Shown: positions 1 through 41,385 of the stretch, piece by piece
Layout: the number at the start of each line of letters is the position of its first letter
How positions within the stretch are numbered: the first letter of the stretch is position 1
Notes under the pieces: model-generated
The model's database searches: none
Seen by the model: only the letters and a program-made list of their open reading frames with translations
Told to the model about the DNA's origin: nothing
From: Amoebidium appalachense
Lineage: Eukaryota; Protista; Ichthyosporea
Reading direction: 5' to 3'
Length of the DNA: 64,000 nt
NCBI GenBank assembly: GCA_963693365.1
Contig: CAVNZM010000014.1
Coordinates: forward strand, 2,542,001-2,606,000
Made by a program: the position numbers and the translations under genes

Positions 1-342
1 GCGTGTTTTGAAAAAGCCAATGGATAACTGGATTCCAGCAATAATGTGCACACAGCTAATAACTATCAACTGGTGACCATGTCTAAACCTACGTGAATGT
101 GCAGCATGTTTCTGAGAGGATCAAGACGGGGGGAAGGGGACAAGGGGGAGGGGCGGGGGGGGGGGGGGGGGGGGGGGGGGGGGATGCAGGCTTTTGAGGT
201 GCCTTGAACCAACATGTTTTTTTTTTTTGTTTTTTTTTGCTCTTAGCATTTTATAACCCCTGATACCTAAGTGATATAAAGAATCATTGACTCAAGACTC
301 AACCATACTGCAATGCCGCAACACCCAGAAAATTATAAAGAC

Positions 343-630
343 CGGCACACACACAGCACACGCAGGCAGGCACACGCAGGCAGGCACATAGCAGGCACGC
401 AGGCGCACACACGCAACAAGCGCACACACACAGCAGGCAGGCAGGCACACACACGCAACAGGTGCACACACGCAGCAGGCAGGCAGGCACACACACACAG
501 CAGGCAGGCAGGCACACACACGCAGCAGGCACGCAGGCACACACGTAGCGGGCACGCAGGCACACACACGCAGCAGGCCCACACACACGCAGCAGGCCCA
601 TACACACGCAGCAGGCACACAGGCACACAC
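343..630. repeat. Composite GCAGGCAC(AC)n tandem repeat
   Basis: Directly visible irregular reiteration of gcaggcacacacac. Confidence 0.85.
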
Positions 631-1268
631 CTGTGGCGTGGGTCAAGAAAACATACTGCCACCCACACTCACACGTCACACGTGTTTACTACTTAAAGGT
701 TTTCCTTGGGTACTCATTCGCGTCACATTTAGCAAAAAAATCACTGAAAATACAATGTTTAACTGTAATATTATATCCCCCCCCCCCCTCCCCCCCCCCC
801 CCCCCCCCCCTTCCTCCCCCCTCGCCCCGGCTGTCGCTCCCCCACCTCCGTTTCTCGGTCCTCCTCGTTTCGATAACATATCCTCTTGATGAGAAACAGA
901 AGATTTCTGACGAAAAGAATAATAAAAAAAATCACTCTCTTTACATGCGCTCCTGGCCCTGTGTACACGGCGCTTCATTCTCCCCATTTCTCATCTAAGC
1001 AACCTAGCTGTATGCCCTCCGTGTTCATGGTTACAACAGGACATATGTATTATCATAGCTCACAGGCTTCAACATCCTCAAAGTTTACTAAAATACCCTA
1101 ATCTAATATATTGTAAAGGAACCATAAATTTTAGCCGACCGTGTGCATAGTGCGTACCGACACCGCACATGCGATCAATCCGTAACCCTTCGACTGGTGT
1201 TCTGTTCCACTCTCGAAGAGATTTCCTAAGAAAATTTCGCTTATAGAAAGGTGTTTATGCTGCCCTGG

Positions 1269-15512
<14,244 letters not shown>

Positions 15513-17758
15513 TCTTTCCTGTTATACGAGCTGTCTTCTTTTGAGCTTAGGGATCACACAGATCAAAACCTGTCGGTGTCCGTCGTGTGTATACGCTCGT
15601 GGAGAAGGCGCCCCGGGAAATGGGAGTGAAAGAGAGAGAGGGGGGGCGAGTGTGTATGTGTGCACAGTGTGTCAGTAGGTGCAGTGTACATGTGTGGTGG
15701 CGTGGATTGTGTGTTAGGTGTGTGTGATGGTTAAGAGAGGGAGAGGGAAAGAGGGAGACTGAGAGAGACTGAGAGGGAGAGAATGTGTGCGTGTGTGCGT
15801 GTGTGTGTGTGTGTGTGCCTGTATGTGTGTGTGTGTCTATGTCTCTGCGTGCGCGCGCTCGCATGTGTGTGCGTGCGCGTGTGCCTGTGGGTGTGCGTGA
15901 GTGTGCGTGTGTGCGTATGTTTACGGGGTATACCCCGCGCCCAGGTGCAGTGCCGTCTCAGTGTATGCGCTCCTATGTGCTATGTGCCACAATTTGTGTC
16001 GCTTTCAGATGACGTGTTTATGTATACATGCATGGGCCTATGAGTACTAGTGTGCGTCTCGTGTTGTTTCCCAGCCACGCCTATGTAGCCACGCAGAGAT
16101 GTGTTAAGTGGTTGTGTCACGATAGCCTATGGGTGTCTTGCGCTTGTCTCCAAATACATAATAATTATATAACTATACGTGCTTGGTGCTTAGTTAGGTT
16201 ACCTCACTAATACTGTTCACACTACGTTATCTCAGTGAACTTCAGCCTGACAGCAACATGCCTTGAAGACTTGAACCCGTGAAAGGCTTTTTCGCTTTCC
16301 CCACCTAAATTCCTCCTGAGGTGGTGTAATTTGGAGTTCTGGTCTTATATTAGCACACAGGGAGCGGCCATCGTTGCCAAAAAAAGCCCCTTTAAAGCCT
16401 TGTTTTTGCTTTAAAGTCACTCTTACAATAGCTTTTAAATATATTTATATAGGGAAATTGTTTCTACATTCACAATTCCTAGGGAGATTGCTTTGTAAAA
16501 GCTACTGCATTACAGTGTACAGAAAATTGAAACATCACATTTCCAGTGATCTGCACACCTCTGTGTGGCTCATCGCTTTAACCAAACCACCAATCAAATA
16601 GATTCAAAAGTGCCTATTTTTGGTGTTCAGTTGATTGCGCAAACACTAAAATATCGCGATTGCGCAACTGTGCAAGGCCGGCCTAGGCCTTCTTTGTTCT
16701 TGTTGAAAAAATACTGGCGAGGCCAAAAAGCACCGAATACCTCATGCAAGTATGTAATCCCCTCCCCTCCCTTACTCTACCCCCCTCCCTCCCTCCCCCC
16801 CCCCCCCCCCCCCCCTCCCCCCCCCAACGCCCACCCCCTCACCCCCCCAACACCTCTCCCCCTCCCTTCCCTCCCTCCCAAGCGCTGCGTCGATGCTGCG
16901 CAGCGAACGTTTGAAAAATAAACTGGCCGCGGTTGGATGGTCAGAATTGTGAATGTATCTTTGCTTTCGAAAGCTCAGAGTTCATAGTTAGTTTGCATGT
17001 CTTTTCTTGATTCCAGCTAACAGTGAAGTTGGGCCTGTGCAGCTACCAAGGGTCAGTATGTGTAGCGGCAAGGAAAACGAGAGGCTGGTTGGGTTGATGA
17101 CTCAATAATGAGTTCCAGGATCATGAGATCAGGAAACGTACCCTTGCGTTGTGTTTGCTCTGCTTGTCAGTCGACCATGGGAGTGTATGTGAAAGGCAAG
17201 TGACAACTGAAAAGACAAACCTATCTTTGGCAACTCCTACAGTCCTAGGAATCAGTCGGGCGCATATAAGGAATCGGAGCTAGTTTAGCAGGAACGAACA
17301 TGTGTTGCACCAATATATAAGCTTGTGCATGGAAAGAAGAAAAACCTGCGATTTTTTCATTTTTCATTTTTGGGGAAAGGAAGAAATATATGGGCAGCTG
17401 AGAACAAACTCGGCCTGATTTTGAGAGGGGGAATGGGGCAAGGGGTTGCTTGGGACAACTACACTTTAAGATAGGCTTTGAGCTGGGCACTTCTTTAATC
17501 AACTTTCTGGAATTTCGCGTCTGTATACTGCCCCACGGAGATTCATTCGTGTCGTCTTAAAGACTTGCAGTCACTCATCATAGCATCACACAACTCTCTA
17601 AATCAGCAGGGGCCTTTCGCATTTAAACAAAGAAACAACACAAGACCTAGTCAAAAAAATTAAGAACAAAACTTTCTTTAAAAAAAAAGGAAGGACCTTA
17701 AAAAGAAACTTTCAAAAAAAAACTAAATTATGTACAATTGTCACTAAATATTTATCAG

Positions 17759-18511
17759 TTAGCAGGGTTGGTGCTTCTGATGCCATACGGGCAGTAACGT
17801 CGTTGGCGTCCTCGTGGAACTTTGCCCAAAACTGTTATCCTCTCTCCGGGCTCTCCCGTCTCTACGCATCCACCTAGGTTGGCGCCTCCCAAAACAGAAA
17901 GTGACGTGCAAACGACCTGGTCCTCCTTCGAGAAGGTGAACACCTGCGCACGGCAAATTTCGGCCGGGGGGGGTGTATGGGGGAGTCAGCACACCCGTGT
18001 TGTCGGAATTCGTCGGTGTGACTGGGGTCGGTGACAGCGCGTTGCCGGTGGAGGTGGTCGGAGATGGGGCCCTTCCGTAGACCATTTTCGTCCATAGCTG
18101 AAAGTGGGTTTCTTGGACCGACAACTTGTAGTCGAGCTGTGAGAAGATGCATCGTTCGATCTCGGACACCCGCTTGGTGCTCATGTTGGTAAGCTGGGCC
18201 CAATGGCTGTTTCGGAGGGGGGTGTCTTCGAGGAATTTACAGGAAAGAACCAGGCAGCCCACGTAGGTGCAGTGGTTGCATGTGCTCCTCGGTGCCGGGT
18301 TCGGGGTTTGTGCTGCCCGTGTCCGGATTCGGAACATGTACACAAGAGACACTACCAAACCAGCACGTGTGACACATCCCAGCCGTAGTAGCCGGGTTAC
18401 AAACTCTCCGAAAGCTGGGCCCTGGAGGTGTTGTTGGCAACAAGGAGAGGTCCCTACCCCACCTTGGAACCCGGCCCCTGGGAGGCTCTGAAACGCGTCA
18501 AGGTGAAACAT
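17759..18511 (-). CDS. Pho80/Pcl (U/P-type) cyclin, single exon, ~250 aa, with SP/TP-rich tail
   Basis: ATG at 18511 (MFHLDAFQ). Cyclin-box pattern FVTRLL...LVVSLVYMFRI...YVGCLVLSCKFLEDTPLRNSHWAQLT...VSEIERCIFSQLDYKLSV is typical of Pho85-type cyclins. The tail frame is uncertain after a G8 run. Confidence 0.85.
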   Translation of the reverse strand: MFHLDAFQSLPGAGFQGGVGTSPCCQQHLQGPAFGEFVTRLLRLGCVTRAGLVVSLVYMFRIRTRAAQTPNPAPRSTCNHCTYVGCLVLSCKFLEDTPLRNSHWAQLTNMSTKRVSEIERCIFSQLDYKLSVQETHFQLWTKMVYGRAPSPTTSTGNALSPTPVTPTNSDNTGVLTPPYTPPGRNLPCAGVHLLEGGPGRLHVTFCFGRRQPRWMRRDGRARREDNSFGQSSTRTPTTLLPVWHQKHQPC

Positions 18512-19780
18512 TTTCTGTTTTTTTGTGTGTGCTGATGTAAGCTGTCGGGATTGGCGTAATCTAGTGTTGTTCCAGCAAAAGTTCCGCTTGTTCACGGACG
18601 TTACTGGGGTGTGTGCTGCCAGTCGGGTGTGTAGCTAGAGAACTGAGTTTCTCGCTGAATTATCACCCACACACTAGCAGATTGCAAACAACATGCAAGC
18701 ACCCGCGGATGTCTCTTGTGCGTGTTTGTACCGTGTGCGTTTCGTTTCGCTCACGAAGTTTGGAGCCGGGAACTGGTGTTACACCGTACACCACCACACG
18801 GTCTCTATCAACTCTTGGTGCGCCGAGAGGGATCCAGCAAAACAGGGTAGCTCCGGACATATCTAGAAAGAATAGGAAATTCAGGTAAAGGAGCCACTTG
18901 AAGGGGGTCTGATTTGGCCTCAGGCTGACATTCGGTCGGATTTTAAGGCCTGCGTATTATGCATCTTATGCGCATTGTACTGTGGCGCCTTTTGATTGGC
19001 CCAGGCAGCAAAACAACAGACGGTCGACGACCTCTCATGACTTCGCTCAGCACCGGCCGCAACGTCAACACACTATCACAGCGGCTTTGCATTTGATAGT
19101 GCTACTCAGATATTATTTTCCCTTGATTATTCCTACTATGTAATGTATTTTTCTTTTTTCTGATGTTTAGAATCCTTACGTCCTTATCTATGTTAGCCTT
19201 CTCTTGTCAGCTTTTGTGCGCCTCAGGCATAACCCCCATTACGGAATTTTGGCACATCAGGAAATTTGCACCCCTACAAGAGCTCCGCGATTGGTTAATA
19301 GCTAGTGCCTGGAGAACCAATCATTTTAAACTTAGCCCAATTGTTTTGATCCTCCTGAGGCTCCTATACCACATCGAGATCTTAACAATAAATTGCAATA
19401 TCTCGGAGTCTCAACTGACTGATAAAATCACAACAGCCTTATGCATTCTAACCGGTGATGCCTTCAATACCATGTTTAGCTACTTATAAACGGTTACACA
19501 AACACAAACACAATTATATATATGTATGTATTCACATATTTATATTTGATTATGCTGTGCACCGGCCAGCAACTTGATGATGATCAGCCTGATGATAATA
19601 ATCATCGCGATCACGATGATCGTCGAGGTCGCACGCGGGCGGCGAGATGGGGGAAATTCATGATTTGGGTTGGGAACAATATCTCAATACTGCAAAACTA
19701 AGAGCTTGTCCGGCGCAATACATGCTACAACGTTCTTCAACCTAAACTCAGGACAACAAAAAAAAACTTTATTTTTCCTC

Positions 19781-19816
<36 letters not shown>

Positions 19817-20449
19817 CCGAGATTACGGACAGATCGATGCGAGGGCCCTGTGAAATTGAACTTCGTTCAGATCTATGATATGAGCATTAGCCTAGGGAGA
19901 CCACCCATATTATTGTAGTTTTCCCAATCGCCACAGGCTGGCGCACAAGCTTCGAAATTTCGGCCCATGAGCATGATGAGATGACCACAAAGAAGGGACG
20001 GCGCGCAGAGGTCCTCGTGTATTAGCATATAAACATTCTCAACGGATATACCTATGCTATCTACAACCATATACGCGCACGCTGTGCACGGGTCATTTCA
20101 AGTTTTTTCAACTTGACATGACACACCATCTGACATGCCATCAATATCATCCGCCGGTGGAGTCCACGAATGGGATTCGCCAGCTTCACCCGCGACTCGC
20201 GAGGCCTCAGTCTGCGAGTCAGTCACGACCAGGGCCAGAAAACGCCATCTGAAACCCGAAAAAAGCCACTTGACATGGAGCGCCAGGTCCACTGAACTCA
20301 GGGCCAGTGGACCTAAACACCATAATGTATATATATATATCCCAGTTGAGTGGAAGTGGAATACAGGCAAAGTTGCCAAAATACATATGCGCCACCTTTC
20401 AAACAAGCCACCGCTCCAGGTTGTAAACATATTCCAAGCCCTGGTCACG

Positions 20450-21500
20450 ACTCCACTGCGTCGCACCGTGACAGTGTCAGTGCGCAGTCCACTATCAAAA
20501 TCCCTTGATACAGCTCACAAGATGGTGAGTCCTCAACCAATCATCTACCAGTCTGGAAAATCAACCAATGAGACGCAGGACTCGCACATCTTTATCGGGT
20601 TAGACTATTTGTGCAAATTTGCTGTTGCACTGCGAGGGAAGCGAAATTTCAATAAAAAATTTTCAACCTGATACTGACTCCGACTTCTCCGCGCATGTTC
20701 TGCTATCACTGCAGTGTGGGCTACTTCTCTGAGTAAGACACTTCCAATATGGGGCCCATTGAAACGTTGTTTTCTTCGTCCTTTCAAATATTTTCATAAA
20801 ATACAAGCCTCCATAAATGCTTATAATCGAATAATATCGTGAACCATATCGATGCATGCCGGGAATATTGCGCAATGTATGATCACTCATGATCACCAGC
20901 GCTGATTTATATATATGGCCGGCCCAGAAGTCTAGAAACAGAAATCCCTGCAAGTAAACTATGATTTATAAAGAAATCCCTCCAGCTACCCAGAACCTTT
21001 GCGGCCATATACATGCAACGTGCTCAGTGCACTGCTGTGTGGGGGCGCCCTCGGCCGGCCCTTTTCAAGTACACCTATCTCGCACCGTCTTCTCTTCGAA
21101 ACAATCGCATAATGATAATCGGGATATATTTTCTGTGGTTGCTGTCACCGGTACGCCGGGTACGCGTGCGGCACTCGTGCCACCGCGGCGACAGCCGTGC
21201 AGTCATGTATACCGTATACGTCGACGGTCAAACCACTTCAATCATCCGCACAATAACACGTGTCATTATTGTGTAGAATACAGCCGTTCAGCCATACCAG
21301 GCCGTCGCTTCTGCAAAGCTTAAGGCATATAGCCATTAATTTGGGGCAGCATGCAGAAGGCCTGTCAAGTTGATAAATCCGGCCGGTTGCACGCTGAGAA
21401 AGTTCACCCCTGGCAACCTGGCAGGCCTCTACATATCCATGCATATGCCGTGATCCCTTGAAGATGCGAGTTGGCGGCACCAAGACCAACAGTACTTCCA
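20450..21500 (-). mobile_element. Possible decayed DDE (pogo/Tc-like) transposase relic
   Basis: Repeat-free island with broken frames. The peptide GFLFLDFWAGH...RNIPG resembles the second-Asp motif of DDE_1 transposases (LLxxDxxxGH...IPxG). No TIRs found; boundaries approximate. Confidence 0.3.
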
Positions 21501-23153
21501 CCCAACAAGATATACATGTAATTAAATCGGCGTTACACTTACATCATACGAATTTTAAGTGGAGATATAACGTATCAAATAGACATCATATTTGGAGATA
21601 TGACTTTTTGGATATATTAGTTGAAAGCTAAAGGACTTTTCCCTGTTGAGTCTACTCCTCTGGAAGCTTGCCATTGAGGTGGCACATGTGCGCCGATCTT
21701 CAACAGATAGTGGTTTTTCCATCGATAGCAAGGACGGTGCCGGTTACGCACATGAATCGTGCCGCCCACCAATCAGATAAGGCGGTAACTCTGGGGCTTC
21801 GTCGTGTTACACTTTTTTTGTGCAGACTTCGAACACGCTGAACACGTGCACGTTTGTGTGAACATTGCGAACCCGTCTCGAAACAATGGGACTCAAATCA
21901 GCCTGTCAGCAGACAGAGATAGTGTGGCGACTGCCGCTGCAGCTATCTATCAGGCTGCAGCTGTGATGGGACATCTGACTCGGAGCTCGAGCTGAATGGC
22001 GTTGTGTGTTGTGTGAACTGTGCACGTGACTTTGCTATGGCGTATGCGTTTGTGACAGCAGCAAAACACGTGCTATCATGGGAACTGAGTTGCTGACCAG
22101 TGGCCTGTGTGCATGATCGATCACGACATAGCCTATATTTTCACAGGCTGTGCACTAGTATAAGAAAAGTTGTCTCTATCACTCGGGTTACGTTCCCAGA
22201 AACGTTTTGATATCTTACCAGCCACTGTCGATATCTTATCACGTATGCATACAAAGCCCACAAGCCGCTGACAAGCGTGCAAGCTAATCAAGAATAATAA
22301 CGTTTCTGAATCATACGGTTCTGTGTAGAATTTGTCGACTTGTATGTTCACCATGAGGCTATGAATGAATGGGTGCATCATTTAATGAATCATGATATTC
22401 TTGTGTAACACGACTGTGTGGGTGTGGGTGGGTGTATGTGCTTGTGTGTGTGCACGTGTAAGGGGGGGAGGTAAGGGTTGAGGTGGGGAGTTGGGGGGGG
22501 GGGGGGGGGGGGGGGGGGGAGGGGAGGGAGGGGAGGAGGAGGAGGGAGGGGGGGGGGGAGGAGTGGGGAGACAGGAGAGCCTGTGCCTGCCTCGAAGGCA
22601 AAAAGAGAGAGGGGGGGGGGGGAAGGGGGGGGGGAGAGAGAGAGAGAGAGAGAGAGTCTCAGAGAGAGAGAGGGGGGGGGGGGAAGGGGGGGGGGGGGAG
22701 GAGAGAGAGAGAGAGAGATCTAGAGGGGGTTTACGCTGTTTACTCGAGGCAAAGAGAACCAGTCTCAGGTATGGGGGGGGGGGGGTTTGCTCGGAATATC
22801 CCCTCAGCGGTATATCATGATCACGTACATAGATGAGATCTAGAGAGAGATAGAGAGAGAGAGAGACAGAAGACAGAGAGCCTCCCGGCGTGGTCGATCG
22901 CGGGGCTCGAGAGAGGAGAGCAGACATCGATATCGGATATAGAGACACTCGGAGCGAGAGACTCAGGCCGGGAGAGGGAAGGAGGGAGGGAGAGAGAGAG
23001 AAAGAGAGGAAGATGGACAGAGAGAGGGAGAGGGAGAGGGAGAGATGGAGGGAGAGGGGAAGAGGGAGGGTAAGGGGGGGTGGGCCGTAGGTGGTGGGGG
23101 GGGGGGGGGGGGAGAGAGAGAGAGAAACAAATTTAAAAATAGAGAGAGAGACT

Positions 23154-23190
<37 letters not shown>

Positions 23191-23209
23191 GGGGGGGGAG
23201 GGGGGGGGA

Positions 23210-23250
<41 letters not shown>

Positions 23251-23824
23251 GGGGGGGAGGGGGGGGGATTCGGAGGGAGAGAGAGCTCCCAGGGCGGTGG
23301 GGGGGGGGGGGGAGGGGGGAATTTTGGGGGGCAGATGAGGCTGGGGAGTTTGGGGGAGGGGGGGGGGGGGGGGGGGGAAGGGGGGGGGGGAGCCCCGACT
23401 CGAGGGAGATAGCGAGGGAGAGAGAAAGGGAGGAGGGGAGGAGGGGATACAAAGCCTCTGAGATAACGAGACCATAAATCACTGTACGCAGACACACGCG
23501 TGCGCACGCACACACACAACCGTGTGTCACACAACGCACACACAGTCACAGTTAGGTACCGTCCGACATGCTTATCAATCTGGTACACATCTGTTAAGCG
23601 TGTGCTCAATTTCAGTAACATCACAGGCCTCTCCTCCTCTCCGTGTAAATTAACTTATACCGTAGCCACCCACCCAAGATTCCGAGTTCCCGTGGCTATA
23701 TATCATATTCCGAGTACAGCTGGCTTGATCGTTGAGAACTTGTACTTGTTTCGAATATTGTAAAGAATTACATTATTTATACGCCGCGGCGAGAACAATT
23801 GTCAAGCAAAAAGCTACCCCCCCC

Positions 23825-23855
<31 letters not shown>

Positions 23856-24072
23856 ACACCAAATACACACTGAGACACACACCCACCCCACACCACCACT
23901 CACGTTGACATTTCAGAATCGCTACTATGACATCTGATACTTCAGACAAGGTTAGGCCGAAAATTTGAAAAGAAAAAGAATGGAAAACTGTCGCAGCATT
24001 CTTTTTTTCAATTTTCGAAATTCGTCTCGATAGTGCCACGGTCCAGGCAATCAGTACTTGGACTTGAGAAGA

Positions 24073-24105
<33 letters not shown>

Positions 24106-24121
24106 TCCCCCCCCCCCTCCC

Positions 24122-24156
<35 letters not shown>

Positions 24157-24247
24157 CCCCAAAAAAAAAAAAAAGAAAAAGAAAAGGAAAAACACTGAAA
24201 AGAAAAGAAAGAAAAAGAAAGAAAGAAAAAAAGAAAGGAAAACGAAA

Positions 24248-24336
24248 AAGAAGAAGAAGAAGAAGAAGAAGAAGAAGAAGAAGAAGAAGCTTAGAAGAAG
24301 AAGAAGAAGAAGAAGAAGAAGAAGAAGAAGAAGAAG
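24248..24336. repeat. (GAA)n microsatellite
   Basis: Two adjacent gaagaa runs split by gctta. Confidence 0.95.
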
Positions 24337-24676
24337 GAAACACTTGAAGCGAAAAGCATTAAGAATGACAGAACTGACGAATGAAGACCATCTATGACTC
24401 ACGGCTGCCGCCACATGATACTTTCAAACAATCCAATCATCATGTCTAGTTGGCATAGCATCCGAGCGCACACACACACAGTCACCGTAACACACATACA
24501 CACACACACGCCGTGGCACGGCACACACACACACACGCGCAGACAGGCACGCACGCACACACACACACACATGCCATGCATGCCCACTCACACACACACA
24601 CACACACACACACACTGCGGCACGCACACACACACACACACACACACACGTACGCACACACATGTGCACACACACA

Positions 24677-24710
<34 letters not shown>

Positions 24711-26187
24711 GTGTCACACACACGCACACACACGCACACACACACACACACGTGGCACACACATGTGCATGCCCACTCGTCCACCCACCCACACACCTCA
24801 TGATACACCAAAGGAAGGGAAGAGACAACGATTTTTCTCAGTTCCAACCGTTTTGTCAAAGAATCACTCACTATTGCCTAATAGGTGTATCCAATAACTT
24901 ACAGCAAAACTTTAAGGCAGAATTTGGCTCACACGTAGGTCTCTCGGTTCTTCTTCTTTCTCTTTACCTTCAACTTCATTCCCTCTTTTTCATTTTTCCG
25001 GGAGAGGGGGGGGGGGGGGGGGGGAGCAAGGGGGAGGTGGAAGCTGTTGTCACGTCAAGTGCAAATATGTATGCTTATCCTAGCACAGACGGTCTTGGAA
25101 TTTCGCTTGAGACCCCAAATTTTATCCCACTTTCTTTACCTGCAACTTTCATAAACTATCCCTAAATTTGAAAACCCCCGGCCGCGGTGCAGCTCTGATT
25201 ATCATGCTTATGATAATCTTTTCCCGTGAAAGAAAATTGATGTCGTGCTTTCCGAAATACAACCAGTAAACCCGAGCCCCCGGAGGGCCCGGGGGAGAGG
25301 GGGGAGGGAGGGGGGAGGGGAGGGGGGAGGGGGGAGGGGAGGGAGGGAGGGAAGCTCAAGAGGGAGGGAGGGGGGGGGGGGGGGGGGGGGGGGACGGGTA
25401 GGGGGGGTCCGGGCTGCACGTTTTACCGTCCTTAGGCTCGTGGGTACTCCTGAGCGAAATCATACAGGGGGTAACTGTAATCGAGATCATGGGCACTTCG
25501 GGAATTATTGGCCTGGTGATCTTGAATTTTCGGGGACCATATATAGTGATGTTCTTATATGAAACAGTGCCACTTTCCATGCCGGTGGTGGTAGTGGTGG
25601 GGGTGAGTGTGGAGGAGGGAGAGAGTAGGGGTGGTGGGGGTGGTGGTGGTGGGGGGGGGGGGGGGGGGGGGGGGGGGGATGGGGGGGGGGGAATTATTTT
25701 CTTAGATTTGCGAGGAGAAAAAGTAGCGCCGCTATATATCTTACCTGCAGATCATGTGTCATTATGATTTTGATTCATTTCAGTTGATCAACCCCTGTAA
25801 TGATGCAAAGCCTTTGAATGCATGGGGGGGTGGGGTTGGGGGGGGGGAAGGGGGGAGGGGGGAGGGAAGGGGGTTGTTCCCTGTGTTTATTGGAATTGGC
25901 GCCATAATACGTTGTCAGAATCAGGTGGATCAGGTGGATATCTGCCCCGCTGTCAGAATCAGGTGGATATCTCCCCGCAAAGAGATTCCCTCTTACCAGC
26001 TCCGAATTTCTGAGTGTTCCCCTAGACACACATTGCAGAACGATATACATATGGAATGGTAATTGTAACAGCTACGGAGACCATGCATGTCAAGTAGAGT
26101 GGGAGGAATTAATTATAACATGGTGGAGGGGTTCAAGCCGTTGAGGGAGAGGGAGATATGATGGTGGTGGTGGTGGTCGTTGGGGGA

Positions 26188-26223
<36 letters not shown>

Positions 26224-26234
26224 GGTGGGTGGGT

Positions 26235-26268
<34 letters not shown>

Positions 26269-27965
26269 GTAGGGAAGTTAAGAATAAGTTGTTAGGACAA
26301 AAACATAATAGATGCCAGTGTCGAACGGGTATTATTAACTCCGGCGCACTACATTTGGTGACACGCGACCAACATGTATGGTTTAAAACAGTATTCTATG
26401 TGAAGAGAATCATTCCTTAGGTGAGCGGAGATGAGGCAGGCCAGGAGGGGGAAGGGAAGGGGGGGGGGGGGGGGAGGGAGGGAGGAGGGGGCCCAGAAGG
26501 GGGGGAGGGGGGAGGGAGGGAGGAGGGGACCCAGAACTTAGAAGGGGGGGGGGGGGGGGGAGGGGGGCTGTTTCGGACAGTTTTGCTATGTAGCAATAGA
26601 TTCGTTTGGCAAGGCACACACTCATATGACCTGATTCCATCTATCGATCTTCATGTTTATTTTTCCTCTTTGGGTGTACATGTGAAATAAAAGAGTGTAC
26701 AGGCACGTACTGAACTCTGAAAACCTCATACTTTTTGTTTTCGTTGAAACGTTTACAATTCGCGTGCAAAGGGATACATGTTATCTGGATATAGAGGGAT
26801 CCTGAACACTGTGCATTAAGAACGCTGACAGTGTACATAATATTGAATACTGCCACACCTTCGAACACAACATCTGCTTGGCATATTAAACCATACCAAA
26901 ACTTCAAAAACAACAATTTAAATACATATACATTTTTAGAAGGTATAACAGATACAAGTAATGACACACATACAGGTAACTTTATAACGGCATTGTAATC
27001 ATACACGACAACAATACATTCAGAAACATGCCACGGTGACAACAATCACAAAATGTTTTCCTACATCTACACGACGCCATTACATATTCACATATTCACA
27101 AATTCACAGCAATACGATTACAACGATTATTTACACCTCTTATAATTTAATACATCGCATTGTGATAATTTCTCAGCCAGGCTCTCATACAGGTGTCGCT
27201 TCACCCACAAAAAGAAATTCTCCCCCCCCCCCCCCCCCCTCCCCCTCCCCTCTTCCCCCCCCCCTCCCCCTCCCCCCCCCCCCCCCTCACCTTCCCCCAT
27301 CTCCCATCTCCCAGTCTTTTGTTCACCTTTTTCATCGAACCCCAACCTTTGCCTTGCCCTTCCTCCCATTTCCTTACTGTTGCTTTCACCACACATCCTT
27401 CACACTTGCTTTATCTATTCATATTTCGAACACAAAGAAAGTCAACTGCTTCGGCTACAATACTTCAACGAACATGTTGGCGTTTATCGATCTTGACGCA
27501 GTCGTGACACAATTTTTTTCCACCATGTACATACGGCGTTGCCTAAAGCGATAAACACAATCTATATATGGTAAAAACTAACTGCCGCTCCATCTTAAAT
27601 AACGGTGTAGCAAACGGCCCCCAACCGTCGAAGATCAGTGCCACGATCATCATCAATGACGTCACACACGACGATTTTGCCGTCATATTCAAATCAACTA
27701 CGTCATAATATGCTAATCGATAAAGGCCGACTACGTCATAAATAAAGGCCGACATAGACCTTAAGAACTGTTGACCTATATCTATGACTGGGGCATTATG
27801 TATCCACCCACCGACGTGCTACTAATATATGTGCCGTTTGAGGTCACCCCCCTGTGGTCGATGGATTCGTACTGAGGCTGACGCTCAAACGTTACGTCCC
27901 CGCCCGGCCCAACCTGCAGACAGCATTAACGGAAGGGGAAACCGGGGGGGAGGCGGGGAGGGGCG

Positions 27966-28036
<71 letters not shown>

Positions 28037-28734
28037 TGTGCACGCGCGTGTGTTAGAGGGTAGGAGGCGGGGGCAGAGCCGGGGGGGGGGGGGGGGGGGG
28101 GGGGGGAGGGGGGGGGAGGGAGGGAGGAGGGGGGAGAGGGGGGGAGGGGATGAAGAAGTTAGTTTGGCCAGTGTGCGTCAGGTTTTGTCGGCAGGACGAA
28201 AGAAGTGCAATAAATGGATGGTCCGTGGTGGTTAGAATGTTGACGCGCGTGCCAGTCACTGACACCCCCCAACCCCTCCCCCCTTCCCCTCCCGCCCCAC
28301 CTCAGGATATGAATACAGGTACCGGGGGGGGGGGGGGGGGGGGAGGGGGGAGGGGGGGGGGGGGGGGAGGAGAGAGAAGGTGTAGGATATGGAAAGGGTT
28401 TACACTTAGATGATAAGAAACACGGTGTGGGACACAAGACCGAAATGTCATCACTGGAAAGTGAACATGCAATTACACGACATCAGCAACCTGTAATTTG
28501 CAAACAGAGCCTAGACTCAGGGGCAGAGGGGAGGGGGAGGGGGGGGGGGGGGGAGGGGGGGGAGGGGGGAGGGGGGGGGGGGGGGGGGAGTCATCAATCG
28601 CCAACAAATGTCAACCCCTTAACCTCTTCTGCGCAAACCCAATCTCAGACAACAGAGTCACTTGGATAGGAGGTAGGAGAAAGAGAGCCAAGAGTTGGGG
28701 GTTGAGAATGTGTCCATGAGTTCGAAATACACAT

Positions 28735-41385
<12,651 letters not shown>

